From positions 672,001 through 736,000 of the forward strand of contig CAVTJJ010000004.1 in the NCBI GenBank assembly GCA_963735035.1: DNA of 64,000 bases, read 5' to 3'. Position 1 is the first letter of the stretch. Each line of letters begins with the position of its first letter. The notes beneath the pieces were generated by a model. The model had not been told where the DNA came from. It was given only the letters and a program-made list of their open reading frames with translations, and searched no databases. Positions 38,073-47,858 of this stretch are shown here, piece by piece. This stretch comes from an uncultured candidate division Zixibacteria bacterium. Its GTDB lineage: Bacteria; Zixibacteria; MSB-5A5; GN15; FEB-12. The translations under genes were made by a program, and so were the position numbers.

Positions 38073-38216
38073 GATATCACAACTAATTGTCCGTGAGGCA
38101 ATTTGAGCCGGGCTGGAATGTCCGAGTACCGAAGCGCCTGTTGACGCCAATCGGTCAGGACTGATTTCCGGCGTCACCGACATTGCAAGAGCTCGGTTGC
38201 CGTTGTAAGTGATATT
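38073..38216 (+). ncRNA. Candidate structured RNA or cis-regulatory leader (unassigned)
   Basis: Five nested complementary stems with G-U pairs favouring the + strand; ends 33 nt before the DCCP start codon. Confidence 0.45.
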
Positions 38217-38248
38217 TCGACAGTTTGTCTTTCACTAAGGAGGATTTG

Positions 38249-39535
38249 ATGTCTCAGGATTACCGTCAGATGTGGACTGAACTCGGTCTTGACCTGGATT
38301 CCCATGATGCTCTTCTCGGGGCTTTGGGGCAGGCTTATCAGGATATCTTCTTGTCTCAGAAGAACCGCCCCGAAGGAATGAAGTACTTTGATTTCGTAAT
38401 GAGCGAAGTGCACGGCCTGCGGGTGAAGGAGCTTATCGACGCCCAGAAGCAGGGACGAAAGGTCATCGGTTCGTTTTGCGTGTTTGTGCCCGAAGAACTA
38501 GTGCTGGCTGTCAATGGCATTTCTGTAGGGCTTTGTACCGGCGCCGAGTTTGGTTTCGAAAAGGCCGAACGGTATCTTCCCCGCAATACCTGTGCATTGA
38601 TTAAGGCGGCTTTCGGTTTCAAGCTGAGTAAAGTCTGTCCTTACGTCGAGACCGTTGATCTGCTGGTAGGTGAAAACACCTGCGATGGCAAGAAGAAAGC
38701 ATACGAGGTTCTCGGTACTCTGATTGACAACCTGTATGTGATGGATTTGCCACAGACCAAATCGACCGAAGGTCGGGCGCTTCTTAAGGCAGAGTATTCG
38801 AAGTTCCTGAAGACGCTCGAGGAGCTTTCTGGAAAGAAGATAGACGTGGCGGCGCTGAAGAGCGGGATCGAAATCGTCAATCGCAAGCGAGCGGCTTTGC
38901 ATCGTCTGGCCAAACTGCGCGGTTCTGCTCCGGCGGTGATCTCGGGACTGGATGCGCTGCTTATCAACCAAATTTCCTTCTATGATGATCCGGCGCGGTT
39001 CACCGATTCAGTCAGCAAACTGTGCGACGAGCTCGAAGGCAGAGTATCCTCGGGAACCGGCGTGTTTCCGAAAGGCCAACCTCGGATACTGCTCTCCGGT
39101 TGTCCCATGGCGGTGCCAAACTGGAAGGTTCCGTACATTATCGAAACCTCCGGCGCCGTGGTGGTAGGGGAGGAGTCATGTGTGGGCGAGCGTGGTTCGC
39201 GCAATCTCACGAACGTTGACGGAGCGACAGTCGATGAACTGCTCAACAACATTGTGGACAGATATTTCGAGATCGACTGCGCCGTGTTTACTCCGAACCA
39301 GTCTCGGCAGCAGCATATTCGACAGATGGCGGCCGACTACCGGGCCGATGGTGTCGTCCACTACTGTCTGCAGTTCTGCCAGCCGTATCAGATTGAAAGC
39401 GGCATGATCGAAAGCGCTCTCGAAAAGGACGGTCTTCCGGTGCTACGTCTGGATACCGATTACAGCATGGAAGATGTCGGCCAGATCAAGACTCGCGCCG
39501 AGGCGTTTATCGAGAGAATAGCGGCGCATAGATGA
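38249..39535 (+). CDS. Double-cubane cluster protein (DCCP)-type member of the 2-hydroxyacyl-CoA dehydratase family
   Basis: N-terminal MWTELGLDLDSHD...NRPEGMKYFD...HGLRV; six Cys motifs FCVFVP, NTCALIK, NTCDGKKK, EESCVG, DCAVFTPN, QFCQPY; AAGGAGG SD. Confidence 0.85.
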   Translation: MSQDYRQMWTELGLDLDSHDALLGALGQAYQDIFLSQKNRPEGMKYFDFVMSEVHGLRVKELIDAQKQGRKVIGSFCVFVPEELVLAVNGISVGLCTGAEFGFEKAERYLPRNTCALIKAAFGFKLSKVCPYVETVDLLVGENTCDGKKKAYEVLGTLIDNLYVMDLPQTKSTEGRALLKAEYSKFLKTLEELSGKKIDVAALKSGIEIVNRKRAALHRLAKLRGSAPAVISGLDALLINQISFYDDPARFTDSVSKLCDELEGRVSSGTGVFPKGQPRILLSGCPMAVPNWKVPYIIETSGAVVVGEESCVGERGSRNLTNVDGATVDELLNNIVDRYFEIDCAVFTPNQSRQQHIRQMAADYRADGVVHYCLQFCQPYQIESGMIESALEKDGLPVLRLDTDYSMEDVGQIKTRAEAFIERIAAHR

Positions 39536-40284
39536 TTTCAGCAGGTATCGATATAGGCTCCCGAACCGTAAAGCTGGCCGTCATATGCGACGGCCGGCTG
39601 GCCGATGTTCGCAAGCGAGAAAACGGGTTCGATGTTCTATCGGTCTGTCGCGAGTTGCTGGGCGATCTGGAGTACGACGTCCTGACAGCCACCGGCTACG
39701 GTAGACATCTGCTGGCCGGACATCTGGAATGCGGTGTCATCAGCGAAATCAAGGCCTTTGCTATCGGGGCTCGAAACATCTTTCCAACTTGTCGAACCAT
39801 TCTCGACATTGGCGGGCAGGATATCAAGACCATTGCCCTGGATGATGCGGGACAGGTGAGCAAGTTCGAGATGAACGACAAGTGCTCCGCCGGCACGGGG
39901 CGATTTCTGGAAATAATGGCGATGGCTTTGGGTTGTGACATGTCCGGATTCAGCAGCGCCGCTCTGCGCTCAACCGTTCCCGAAAAGATCACTTCCACCT
40001 GCACTGTGTTCGCTGAGTCGGAAGTCATTTCGATGCTTGCCCGTGGTGCTTCCCGGGAAGGCGTTGCTCTGGGGATACATCAATCAGTGATCAACCGGGC
40101 GATGTCGATGCTGAACCGAGTGACTGTTGCGGATGACGTTGTGTTTCTCGGCGGCGTTGCTTTCAACTCCTGTGCCCGACGCTTACTGACTGATGCTGTC
40201 GGCAGGCCTATATTTGTGCCCGACGATCCCCAGAGTACCGGAGCGCTGGGTTGCGCCCTGCACGGGGCTAGATCGCTCGCCTGA
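39532..40284 (+). CDS. ASKHA-family [4Fe-4S] ATPase activator (DCCP-R/HgdC type)
   Basis: GIDIGSRTVK, ATGYGR, DIGGQD, MNDKCSAGTG, STCTVFAESE. Confidence 0.93.
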   Translation: MISAGIDIGSRTVKLAVICDGRLADVRKRENGFDVLSVCRELLGDLEYDVLTATGYGRHLLAGHLECGVISEIKAFAIGARNIFPTCRTILDIGGQDIKTIALDDAGQVSKFEMNDKCSAGTGRFLEIMAMALGCDMSGFSSAALRSTVPEKITSTCTVFAESEVISMLARGASREGVALGIHQSVINRAMSMLNRVTVADDVVFLGGVAFNSCARRLLTDAVGRPIFVPDDPQSTGALGCALHGARSLA

Positions 40285-40322
40285 GACGCCCGGCCTCAGC
40301 CGACCACTGCCACATGATACTC

Positions 40323-41231
40323 TCAGAGTGCTCCCATCCAATTACCGAACGTGTGAATGATGCCGGGGGCTACGATGCTTCCGGTTCGCAGCATAATATA
40401 ACCGAAAGCCAGGCTGGCCGGGATTATGACAAGACAGTCCAGTAGGGCCTGCTCGGGACTCAACCCGGACATAAATATCCGGTGTCCAAAGTGACCAAAC
40501 GCGAAGAATACTGAAGCCACGAGCCATCCCGAAGTCTTTCCGAGCCAACTCACCAGCCGCGTCTGGAGATAGCCGCGAAACGCGAATTCCTCGCCGAAGC
40601 CTACGATTGCGTACTGTAAGAACGACCAGAAATGGGTCGCGTTCCAGTCGACCGGAGTCGTCCTTTCGGAAAGAGTTGATACCAACGAGTACAATGCGAT
40701 TGACAAGCCGATCACCAGTGAGCCCGTCAAATTCTGTCGGTTGACACCGGCCGACGACAGAGATTCCTTTTGCCGGCGCAAGGCGATCAAGATCGGGAGC
40801 AGTACTAAGGCATAAATGAATAGCTGCCCGAAAACGCGTCCCGGCCCGGTCTTCACTTGTCCCGATGTTTCTGGTTGTCGAGTACTCTCGCCTTTGAGAA
40901 TAGTAGTGTCTGTGAACTTGAGGTCGGCTGTTTGTGAGTCGACAGCGCAACTACTATCCAATTGTACCGTCGCCACGCCGGACGAGTCGGACATTGAAGC
41001 TCTCTCGACACGGGCATTGTTGGCATTGTGGTTAAAGAGAATTACCGACGCCAGGATAAAGCCAATCACATTGGCCAACACGGCTACGGTAGCGCTCCGT
41101 CTGGGATTCTCGATGGGTATTGCGACCGGCCTCATCTTGAAGAGAAGAGACAAAACGAATACGGCCAACACGGCAATCGCGTTCAGTAAGAACTCGCTGC
41201 CCAACTTCGACCAGAATGGCGATATTTCCAT
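40323..41231 (-). CDS. CPBP (CAAX/Abi) intramembrane metalloprotease
   Basis: GEEFAFRGYL, FAFGH, IIHTFGN motifs; AGGAG SD before ATG 41231. Confidence 0.88.
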   Translation of the reverse strand: MEISPFWSKLGSEFLLNAIAVLAVFVLSLLFKMRPVAIPIENPRRSATVAVLANVIGFILASVILFNHNANNARVERASMSDSSGVATVQLDSSCAVDSQTADLKFTDTTILKGESTRQPETSGQVKTGPGRVFGQLFIYALVLLPILIALRRQKESLSSAGVNRQNLTGSLVIGLSIALYSLVSTLSERTTPVDWNATHFWSFLQYAIVGFGEEFAFRGYLQTRLVSWLGKTSGWLVASVFFAFGHFGHRIFMSGLSPEQALLDCLVIIPASLAFGYIMLRTGSIVAPGIIHTFGNWMGAL

Positions 41232-41421
41232 TGATCGCGACTCCTTCAGAACCTGATTTGTGCTCTTAAGAACCCCACGCAATGAGCGCGCATAAGCAAA
41301 TGATAGCATTGCGGCCGGTCCTTGTCAAATGTTCCTCGCGCGACACTCCCCACTTGCGACCGAGGCGCTTGTTTGTTACCATTGCCCCGGCTGGAATATT
41401 ACTGAAAAGGAAAAACGCTCC

Positions 41422-43113
41422 ATGGCGGATAAGTTCATCTTCAACATGTACGGTGTTAACAAGTTCTACGGACAGAAACAGGTCCTCAAGGAAATCAATC
41501 TCGGCTTCTTTCCCGGCGTCAAAATAGGTATCGTCGGCGAAAACGGCTCCGGCAAGACCACGGTCCTGCGCATCATGGCCGGGGTCGATACCGAGTTCCA
41601 GGGCACCGCTTTCATCACCCCCGGCTACCGGGCCGGGATGCTGGAGCAGGAACCGAAACTGGACCCGTCGCTGACCGTCCTTGCGACCATCGAATCCGCC
41701 TTCGGCGAAACCAAGGCGCTGATCGACGAATACAACGCCCTCACCGAGAGTTTGGGCGATCCGATGGGCGACGACGAAATGCAGAAGGCGATGGACCGGA
41801 TGGGCGCGCTGCAGGACAAGATCGACGCCATCGATGGCTGGAATCTCGACCAGGCTTTGCGACTTGCCGCCGATGCCATGTGTTTGCCGGACGACGACCG
41901 CATAGTAGGCACTCTTTCCGGCGGTGAGCGGCGACGAGTGGCGCTATGCAAATTGCTGTTGGAACGTCCCGACTTGTTGCTTCTCGATGAGCCCACCAAC
42001 CATCTCGATCCCGAGACAGTCAACTGGCTCGAAGAGCAACTTCGAGTATATCCCGGGACGGTCATTGTCGTTACGCACGACCGCTATTTTCTGGACAATG
42101 TGACGAACTGGATCCTTGAGCTCGAAGGCGGCCAGGGGCTTCCGTGGGAAGGAAACTACACTTCCTGGCTGGAGCAGAAATTGACCAAACTGGCCAAGGC
42201 GGAAAAGGAAGATTCCTCCCGGGCGAAGATGCTGGCGCGGGAGCTGTCGTGGATTAAGATGACGCGCGACGATCGCCGCGAGATGGCGCGGGTGCGTATT
42301 CGCGAGTACGAACAGTTGGTGGCGCGAGAGACGGCGCGGCAGAAGGGGTCTGAGACGGTCATCCAGATAGCGCCCGGCCCGGATCTTGGCAATCAGGTGG
42401 TCGAGTTCAAGGATGTCACCATGGGATATGACGGCCAGAGCTTGTTCGAGGGAGTGGAGTTCAATGTCCCGCGCTCGGCGGTGGTTGGTCTGGTTGGTCC
42501 GAACGGCGCGGGCAAGACTACCATGTTCAAGATGATCCGGGGCGATCTCAAACCGGTCAGCGGCGAGATCGTGCAGGGCTCGACGGTTCGCCTCGTATAC
42601 ACCGATCAGGAACGGGAACTCCTCGACCAAGACAAGACGCTGATAGAAGAGATCGGCGGGGGGCTGGACGAAATCCCGATCGGCAATCGGGCGGTTCCGA
42701 TTCGTCAATATCTGGCGCAGTTCGGCTTCAAAGGCGCGTCGCAGCAGAAGAAAGCTTCTGAATTTTCCGGCGGCGAGCGCAACCGATGCCTGCTGGCGAA
42801 AGTGCTCAAAGTGGGCGGGAATCTACTGTTGCTCGACGAACCGACGAACGATCTCGATGTCAACACGCTCCGCATGCTCGAAGAGGCGATCCTCGATTTC
42901 TCCGGCTGTGTGATGGTTATCAGCCACGACCGGTTCTTCCTTGACCGCATCTGTACGCATCTGCTGGTGTTCGAGGGTGAGGGGAAGGTGCATTGGTATG
43001 AGGGGAATTTCTCGTCGTATCAGGAGTGGCGGCATCGCGAGCTGGGTGATCGATTATTCGAGAACCGCCGCAATCGGTATCGGACGATTGTGAAGGCCAA
43101 GACGGCGCGGTGA
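41422..43113 (+). CDS. ettA: ABC-F translational throttle protein EttA
   Basis: Two ABC domains (GENGSGKT, LSGGERRRVAL, DEPTNHLD; GPNGAGKT, SGGERNR, DEPTNDLD), RELSWI linker, no TMs. Confidence 0.9.
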   Translation: MADKFIFNMYGVNKFYGQKQVLKEINLGFFPGVKIGIVGENGSGKTTVLRIMAGVDTEFQGTAFITPGYRAGMLEQEPKLDPSLTVLATIESAFGETKALIDEYNALTESLGDPMGDDEMQKAMDRMGALQDKIDAIDGWNLDQALRLAADAMCLPDDDRIVGTLSGGERRRVALCKLLLERPDLLLLDEPTNHLDPETVNWLEEQLRVYPGTVIVVTHDRYFLDNVTNWILELEGGQGLPWEGNYTSWLEQKLTKLAKAEKEDSSRAKMLARELSWIKMTRDDRREMARVRIREYEQLVARETARQKGSETVIQIAPGPDLGNQVVEFKDVTMGYDGQSLFEGVEFNVPRSAVVGLVGPNGAGKTTMFKMIRGDLKPVSGEIVQGSTVRLVYTDQERELLDQDKTLIEEIGGGLDEIPIGNRAVPIRQYLAQFGFKGASQQKKASEFSGGERNRCLLAKVLKVGGNLLLLDEPTNDLDVNTLRMLEEAILDFSGCVMVISHDRFFLDRICTHLLVFEGEGKVHWYEGNFSSYQEWRHRELGDRLFENRRNRYRTIVKAKTAR

Positions 43114-43160
43114 GGTGACAGGCCGATTTGATAATTCTTGACCAAGCATACTCATGAACA

Positions 43161-43290
43161 TGATCGGCAGGGTTCCAACCCTGCCGGTTCTATTTGCGGC
43201 AGGCACAGAGGCCTGCCGATCATATGTACGGCTGGCTCGGTGGCCCGGGTGCCTTCTGTCCCGACCCAGGGCAAGCCCTGGGGCACCGGG
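43161..43290. repeat. Cluster of REP-like palindromes
   Basis: CGGCAGGGTT/AACCCTGCCG, GGCAGGC-ACAGAG-GCCTGCC and CCCAGGGC-AA-GCCCTGGGGCACC; the last is related to the right hairpin of the 137-bp element. Confidence 0.7.
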
Positions 43291-43393
43291 TGTGACTGTC
43301 CATCTCCACCCCACACACTAAAACCTTGACTCCATAGCGCCACCATTCCATTATCGGGCAGTTGGTCGGTAAAACGTCGAGGAGGTAAACGGT

Positions 43394-43804
43394 ATGAATA
43401 ATTTTGCAATGAACTGGTGGGCGGTCATAGTTGCCGCGGTCGCCTACTTTGCCCTGGGTGCTATCTGGTACTCCCCGGTTCTCTTTTCCAAGGCCTGGTT
43501 GAAAGGAATCGGCAAGACCAAGGAACAAATCGACGCCGGGTTCTCGCCTCTGGTCCTGGTCTGGGCGTTCGTGTTTTCGTTTATCGCATCATACGGGATT
43601 GCCCGCCTGTACGTATGGAGTCATCTCGCGACGGTGTGGGACGGCATCGTGCTCGGACTTCTGTGCGGCACTTGCTTTGCCCTGCCGACCTTCGCGATCA
43701 ACGACATATTCGAGCAACGCCCCCGCCAGTTGAGCTTCATCAACGTGTTGTATCACATTGCGGGATTTGTGCTGATGGGCGTGATCATCGGGGCGTGGCA
43801 TTGA
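43394..43804 (+). CDS. DUF1761-family membrane protein
   Basis: NWWAVIVAAVAYFALGAIWYSPVLFSKAW pattern; GGAGG SD; TTGACT-N17-CATTAT at 43326-43354. Confidence 0.85.
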   Translation: MNNFAMNWWAVIVAAVAYFALGAIWYSPVLFSKAWLKGIGKTKEQIDAGFSPLVLVWAFVFSFIASYGIARLYVWSHLATVWDGIVLGLLCGTCFALPTFAINDIFEQRPRQLSFINVLYHIAGFVLMGVIIGAWH

Positions 43805-43840
43805 GATTCGGTAATGTATGTCTGATGTCGACTGCAATAG

Positions 43841-44152
43841 ACGGGGCGCCAGCCCCGTCATGCCCGAGTAGTCGGGCATCCATGACCACTCGCAACCGCA
43901 GAATGTAGATCGCTGACTGTGGAGAAACAGTACGCATGGTCGTAGATCTATGTCTATTGGCACCACTGTATATGAGAGGGTCTCGCGGTCATACGTTCGC
44001 TTGTTGGCGGTACTTCATTTTCTGTCGCGACAGCCCATGGGCCCCCGACTACTCGGGGGTGACGGCCTGTCGGCCGTTTTCGATATTACAATCCATGTCG
44101 AAACCCCGCCACGGCGTGCAGGCGCCCGAAGCGGGCTGGTTTCGACCTACGC
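43841..44152. repeat. Composite palindromic repeat element
   Basis: Inverted pair GTCATGCCCGAGTAGTCGGGCA ... CCCCCGACTACTCGGGGGTGAC plus GGTTTCGACCTAC; homologous in reverse orientation to 59260-59548. Confidence 0.8.
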
Positions 44153-44174
44153 AGTAAGAGAATTAGGCATAATC

Positions 44175-44205
44175 AAGAAGCCCTCACAGATGTGAGGGCT
44201 TCTTT
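44175..44205. terminator. Bidirectional terminator-like hairpin
   Basis: AAGAAGCCCTCACA-GA-TGTGAGGGCTTCTT between convergent genes. Confidence 0.7.
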
Positions 44206-44287
44206 CGTATCGATAATACATTGTCGGGTTTCTTGGTCCTTCGCTCTGCTCAGGACCTGCGGAACCCGACCTACGAGTACCGGAAAT

Positions 44288-45802
44288 CTATTTCGCTTCC
44301 AGCGTCATCGGATCACGAAGCGGCAGAATCGTAATCGGTCCGAAATCAGAGAACTTCTCGGGGTGTTTGTCCGATCCCACCTGCACGGCATCGGGGTCAC
44401 CTACCACCAGATAAACCATCTTGTCCGGGTGCAGATACTTCTGCGCCACGGCCAGGACCGCGTCCGGTGTGACCGCCTGCATATTCTTGGTGTAGTTCTG
44501 CCAGTAATCGGCCGGACGATGGGTGTATTCATCGTTCGCAAACGTGTTCACGATCGCCTTCTTGTTGCTGAACGGATTGACCAGATCGGAGATGAAACTG
44601 CTCTTGGAGTTGTCAACAGTCGCCGAGTCGCACTTCTCGGTGCGGATCCGATTGATCTCGTCCACCATTAACTTCGTTCCGAAAGCAGCCGTCTCGTGCT
44701 TGGTCTGGAACCAGGCCCGGAAAGTGCCGGGGTACTGCACCGGCCTGTCAAACGCACTGCCGGCATTGTAGGCGAGACCTTCATCCGAGCGCACCCGCCG
44801 GACGATTCGTGACGTAAACCCGCCGCCTCCGAGGATGTCATTCATCACTACGAGCGCATATTGATCAGGGACGTCCCGTTTGACGCCCAAATGTCCGATC
44901 CGGACGCGAGACTGGTTGACATCCGCTTTCTTGATCATATAGACGCCCGGCTTGGGATCCGGTATTTGGTCGGCAATAGTCGGGAGAGTCAACGGCTGAT
45001 CGGGCCACCCGGCCAGCATCTTGTCAAGCTTGGCTATCATGTCAGCCTTCTTGAAATCGCCCGAGACGGCGAAAATGAAATTCTTCGGAAAGAAGTACTT
45101 CTTATGGAAGGCCACCAGATCGTCGCGGGTGATCGATTTGACTGTTTGCTCGGTTCGACGTGATGTTTCGGTGCAAGGATGATTGCCGTACATCAGGAAC
45201 TGCCATTCACGCGACTCGATCTCGTCGGTGGCAGCATTGCGCTGCTGCATATCGGAAAGTATGTCGGTCCGATAGCGGTCCGTGGCGACCTGATCGAAGA
45301 CCGGGTTGCGAAGGATCTTTGCCAGCAGTCCGAGACCCTCATCGATGTCTTTCGACAAACAGAAGAGGTTGGCGCCTCCAGCTGAACCGCCGATGTTCAC
45401 TGAAATATCACCGGCCAGGAACGCCAGACGCTCATCGATTTCCTTGGCGGTCATTCCCTGAACGCCGCCGTTGCGCATCAGATAGCCGGTCATATCCGCG
45501 AGTCCGGCCTTGTCGGTCGGCTCGTACATCGCGCCGCTACGGACTATCAGGGTGAGTTCAAAGGTCGGGAATTCTTTGTTCTCGGCGATAAAAGCCACTG
45601 CGCCGCACTTGAGTGTCGTGCGATAGGCGTCGGCTTTCGGCGGCTGGTACTTAAGCTCTTCGAACTTCAGTTTGTCGGGGTGGTCGACAATCTTGTCGGC
45701 TCCCATAATCGGGAAGGCACACAGGGTCAGGGCGAACGCCAGAAGAGCCGCCGGCGTCGCCGTCCGACCAAAGAATGCAAAGAATGATCTATTCATATTC
45801 AT
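44288..45802 (-). CDS. M16 family peptidase, non-catalytic subunit (exported)
   Basis: Signal peptide; M16 fold motifs without HXXEH; ILGGGGFTSR and RSDEGLAY. Confidence 0.88.
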   Translation of the reverse strand: MNMNRSFFAFFGRTATPAALLAFALTLCAFPIMGADKIVDHPDKLKFEELKYQPPKADAYRTTLKCGAVAFIAENKEFPTFELTLIVRSGAMYEPTDKAGLADMTGYLMRNGGVQGMTAKEIDERLAFLAGDISVNIGGSAGGANLFCLSKDIDEGLGLLAKILRNPVFDQVATDRYRTDILSDMQQRNAATDEIESREWQFLMYGNHPCTETSRRTEQTVKSITRDDLVAFHKKYFFPKNFIFAVSGDFKKADMIAKLDKMLAGWPDQPLTLPTIADQIPDPKPGVYMIKKADVNQSRVRIGHLGVKRDVPDQYALVVMNDILGGGGFTSRIVRRVRSDEGLAYNAGSAFDRPVQYPGTFRAWFQTKHETAAFGTKLMVDEINRIRTEKCDSATVDNSKSSFISDLVNPFSNKKAIVNTFANDEYTHRPADYWQNYTKNMQAVTPDAVLAVAQKYLHPDKMVYLVVGDPDAVQVGSDKHPEKFSDFGPITILPLRDPMTLEAK

Positions 45803-45820
45803 TTCTCCTCGGGCAAAGGG

Positions 45821-47611
45821 CTACTTGCCTTCGGCGGCTTTAAGTTCGGCCAGACGTTCGTTGGCGATTTTGAGCAGATTTTCGATCTGGGTCTTTTCGG
45901 CGGGATCGGTCACTTTGTCCATCTGCGACCCGATCATTCCGATCATCTGCTCGATCTGAGCCGGGCTGGTCATCGATTTGATCATCTTGACGGCCTGAGC
46001 GAACTGCGGATCTTCGGCTTCCGCCGTTGGAGCACCGCCTGGAACCGCTTTACTGTTGATGATCAGGACATTGCGCTGGTCGCTGGCGAAATAGGTATTG
46101 GCCACCCGCTTGATATCTTCGGCGGTAATCATATCGCATTTTGCCGGGCCATTATTAGCTTCGGTCCAGTCACCGAGTGCGGCGTTGGAACCGAGATAGA
46201 AGAGAATGCCCAGGCCTGACATGATGTCCATGGAACGAATCACCTGCACTTTGAGCTGGTTCTTGACCTTCTGCAATTCCTGGGCGGGGACGAGGTTGGT
46301 CTGAAGGTCCGCTATGACTTCGTAGATCGCCTGTTCCAATTGTTCGGCTTTGACGCCAGTGATGCCGTCGGCAGAAATGCTGAAAGCGCCGGCATACTTG
46401 CGCGAGTCCTGTGAGGCGTTGACGCCTATGTCGCTGCCGCCACGACGCCCACCACCGCCGCCGGAACTCTTGGCGATACCTTTTTCCTCAACCAGTTTCT
46501 TGTACAACCGTCCGGTCTTGTCGCCCATGATCCCGGAGAGTATGTCAAGCGCGTAGCTGTCCGGATGTTTCCAGGCGACCGTGTGATACCAGATCTCGGC
46601 CTTCGGGGTGGTCTCGGCTTCGGCGATCAATCGCTTCTCGCCATACTGCTTTTCTTCGAGTGTGACCGGATCCGGAGGCGGGACGGTTCCTTTCGGGATG
46701 CGGTCGAAATAGGTCCGGACCATCTTGATCATTTCTTCCGGATTCAAATCGCCTACCAGGAGCATGGTCAGATTATTCGGGGCATAGTAGATATTGAAGT
46801 AATTGTCGGCCTGTTCTTTGGTGATGCTGCCCAGGTCCGAACCCCAGCCGACCACATCCCAGTGATACGATGATGATTTCCAGAACATGGCGGCGAAATC
46901 TTCTTCGATCAGACCGGTCGGAGTGGATTCGACTCCCAGCCGACGTTCTTCGCGAACGACATCCCGTTCGGAGTAGAACTCACGGAAGACAGGATGGCTG
47001 AAACGGTCCGACTCCAGCCACATGTACAGCTCGATTTTGTTCTTGGGCAGGCGGACAAAATAGCCGGTGAAATCCTGCGAGGTGAAGGCATTGAGGAACG
47101 CGCCGCCGTTCTTGGTGTAGAGTTCGTCGAGCTGATCCTTGATGATCAGCTTGCGTTCTTCCAGGACCAGAGAGTCGAAGACCTTCTCGATTTCCCGGTA
47201 GCGGGGCGTCTTGGCCTCTGGATCGAGCATGTCCTTGATTACGCCGCGTCTGAGATTCTCGCGCATGACTCGTTCTTCGACCCGCATCAGGGCGCGGAGC
47301 GAATCGAGTTTCGCCATGACCTCGTGATCGCGTTTGATGTCCGTGGTGCCGATCGTTTCCGTCCCTTTGAACATCATGTGCTCGAAGAGGTGGGAAATGC
47401 CGGTGATGCCGGTAGTCTCGTTGGCGGAGCCGACCCGGCAGAAAATCGAGGCCATAACGGTCGGAGCTTCGTGCCGCTCGACCATCAGTACCTGCATGCC
47501 GTTGTCGAGCCAGTACTCTTTGGCATCGATGTTCTGTGCGGTCGCCGGCAGGGCTGCGGCAAACAATATGACCGCCCCCACCAGAACCGCATGCGCTGTG
47601 CATCTGTTCAT
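45821..47611 (-). CDS. M16 family zinc peptidase, catalytic subunit (exported)
   Basis: Signal peptide; GISHLFEHMMFKG (HXXEH), NAFTS, ERDVVREE. Confidence 0.92.
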   Translation of the reverse strand: MNRCTAHAVLVGAVILFAAALPATAQNIDAKEYWLDNGMQVLMVERHEAPTVMASIFCRVGSANETTGITGISHLFEHMMFKGTETIGTTDIKRDHEVMAKLDSLRALMRVEERVMRENLRRGVIKDMLDPEAKTPRYREIEKVFDSLVLEERKLIIKDQLDELYTKNGGAFLNAFTSQDFTGYFVRLPKNKIELYMWLESDRFSHPVFREFYSERDVVREERRLGVESTPTGLIEEDFAAMFWKSSSYHWDVVGWGSDLGSITKEQADNYFNIYYAPNNLTMLLVGDLNPEEMIKMVRTYFDRIPKGTVPPPDPVTLEEKQYGEKRLIAEAETTPKAEIWYHTVAWKHPDSYALDILSGIMGDKTGRLYKKLVEEKGIAKSSGGGGGRRGGSDIGVNASQDSRKYAGAFSISADGITGVKAEQLEQAIYEVIADLQTNLVPAQELQKVKNQLKVQVIRSMDIMSGLGILFYLGSNAALGDWTEANNGPAKCDMITAEDIKRVANTYFASDQRNVLIINSKAVPGGAPTAEAEDPQFAQAVKMIKSMTSPAQIEQMIGMIGSQMDKVTDPAEKTQIENLLKIANERLAELKAAEGK

Positions 47612-47690
47612 AGGCTAATTCCTTAGAGTTTTGTGCTCGCCGGGGGAATCCTGTCCATCCTGTCCTTTGCCCGGGTTGCGTGACTGGGCA

Positions 47691-47719
47691 ATAGTACGCC
47701 AACCCGTTGTGGAAAGCAA
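47691..47719 (-). promoter_or_regulatory. Putative sigma70 promoter for the M16 operon
   Basis: TTGCTT-N17-TACTAT on the minus strand. Confidence 0.5.
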
Positions 47720-47858
47720 GTGGCTGAAACAGGAATCCGCACACAATACGACAATGACATTTTTTGAATGACGGAAGATACTTTGCCTCATATCTTTAGC
47801 CGCATATTATGAGTTCTGGATGCGGCTGTGGAAGCGCACAGAAAGGACCGGTGTAACA

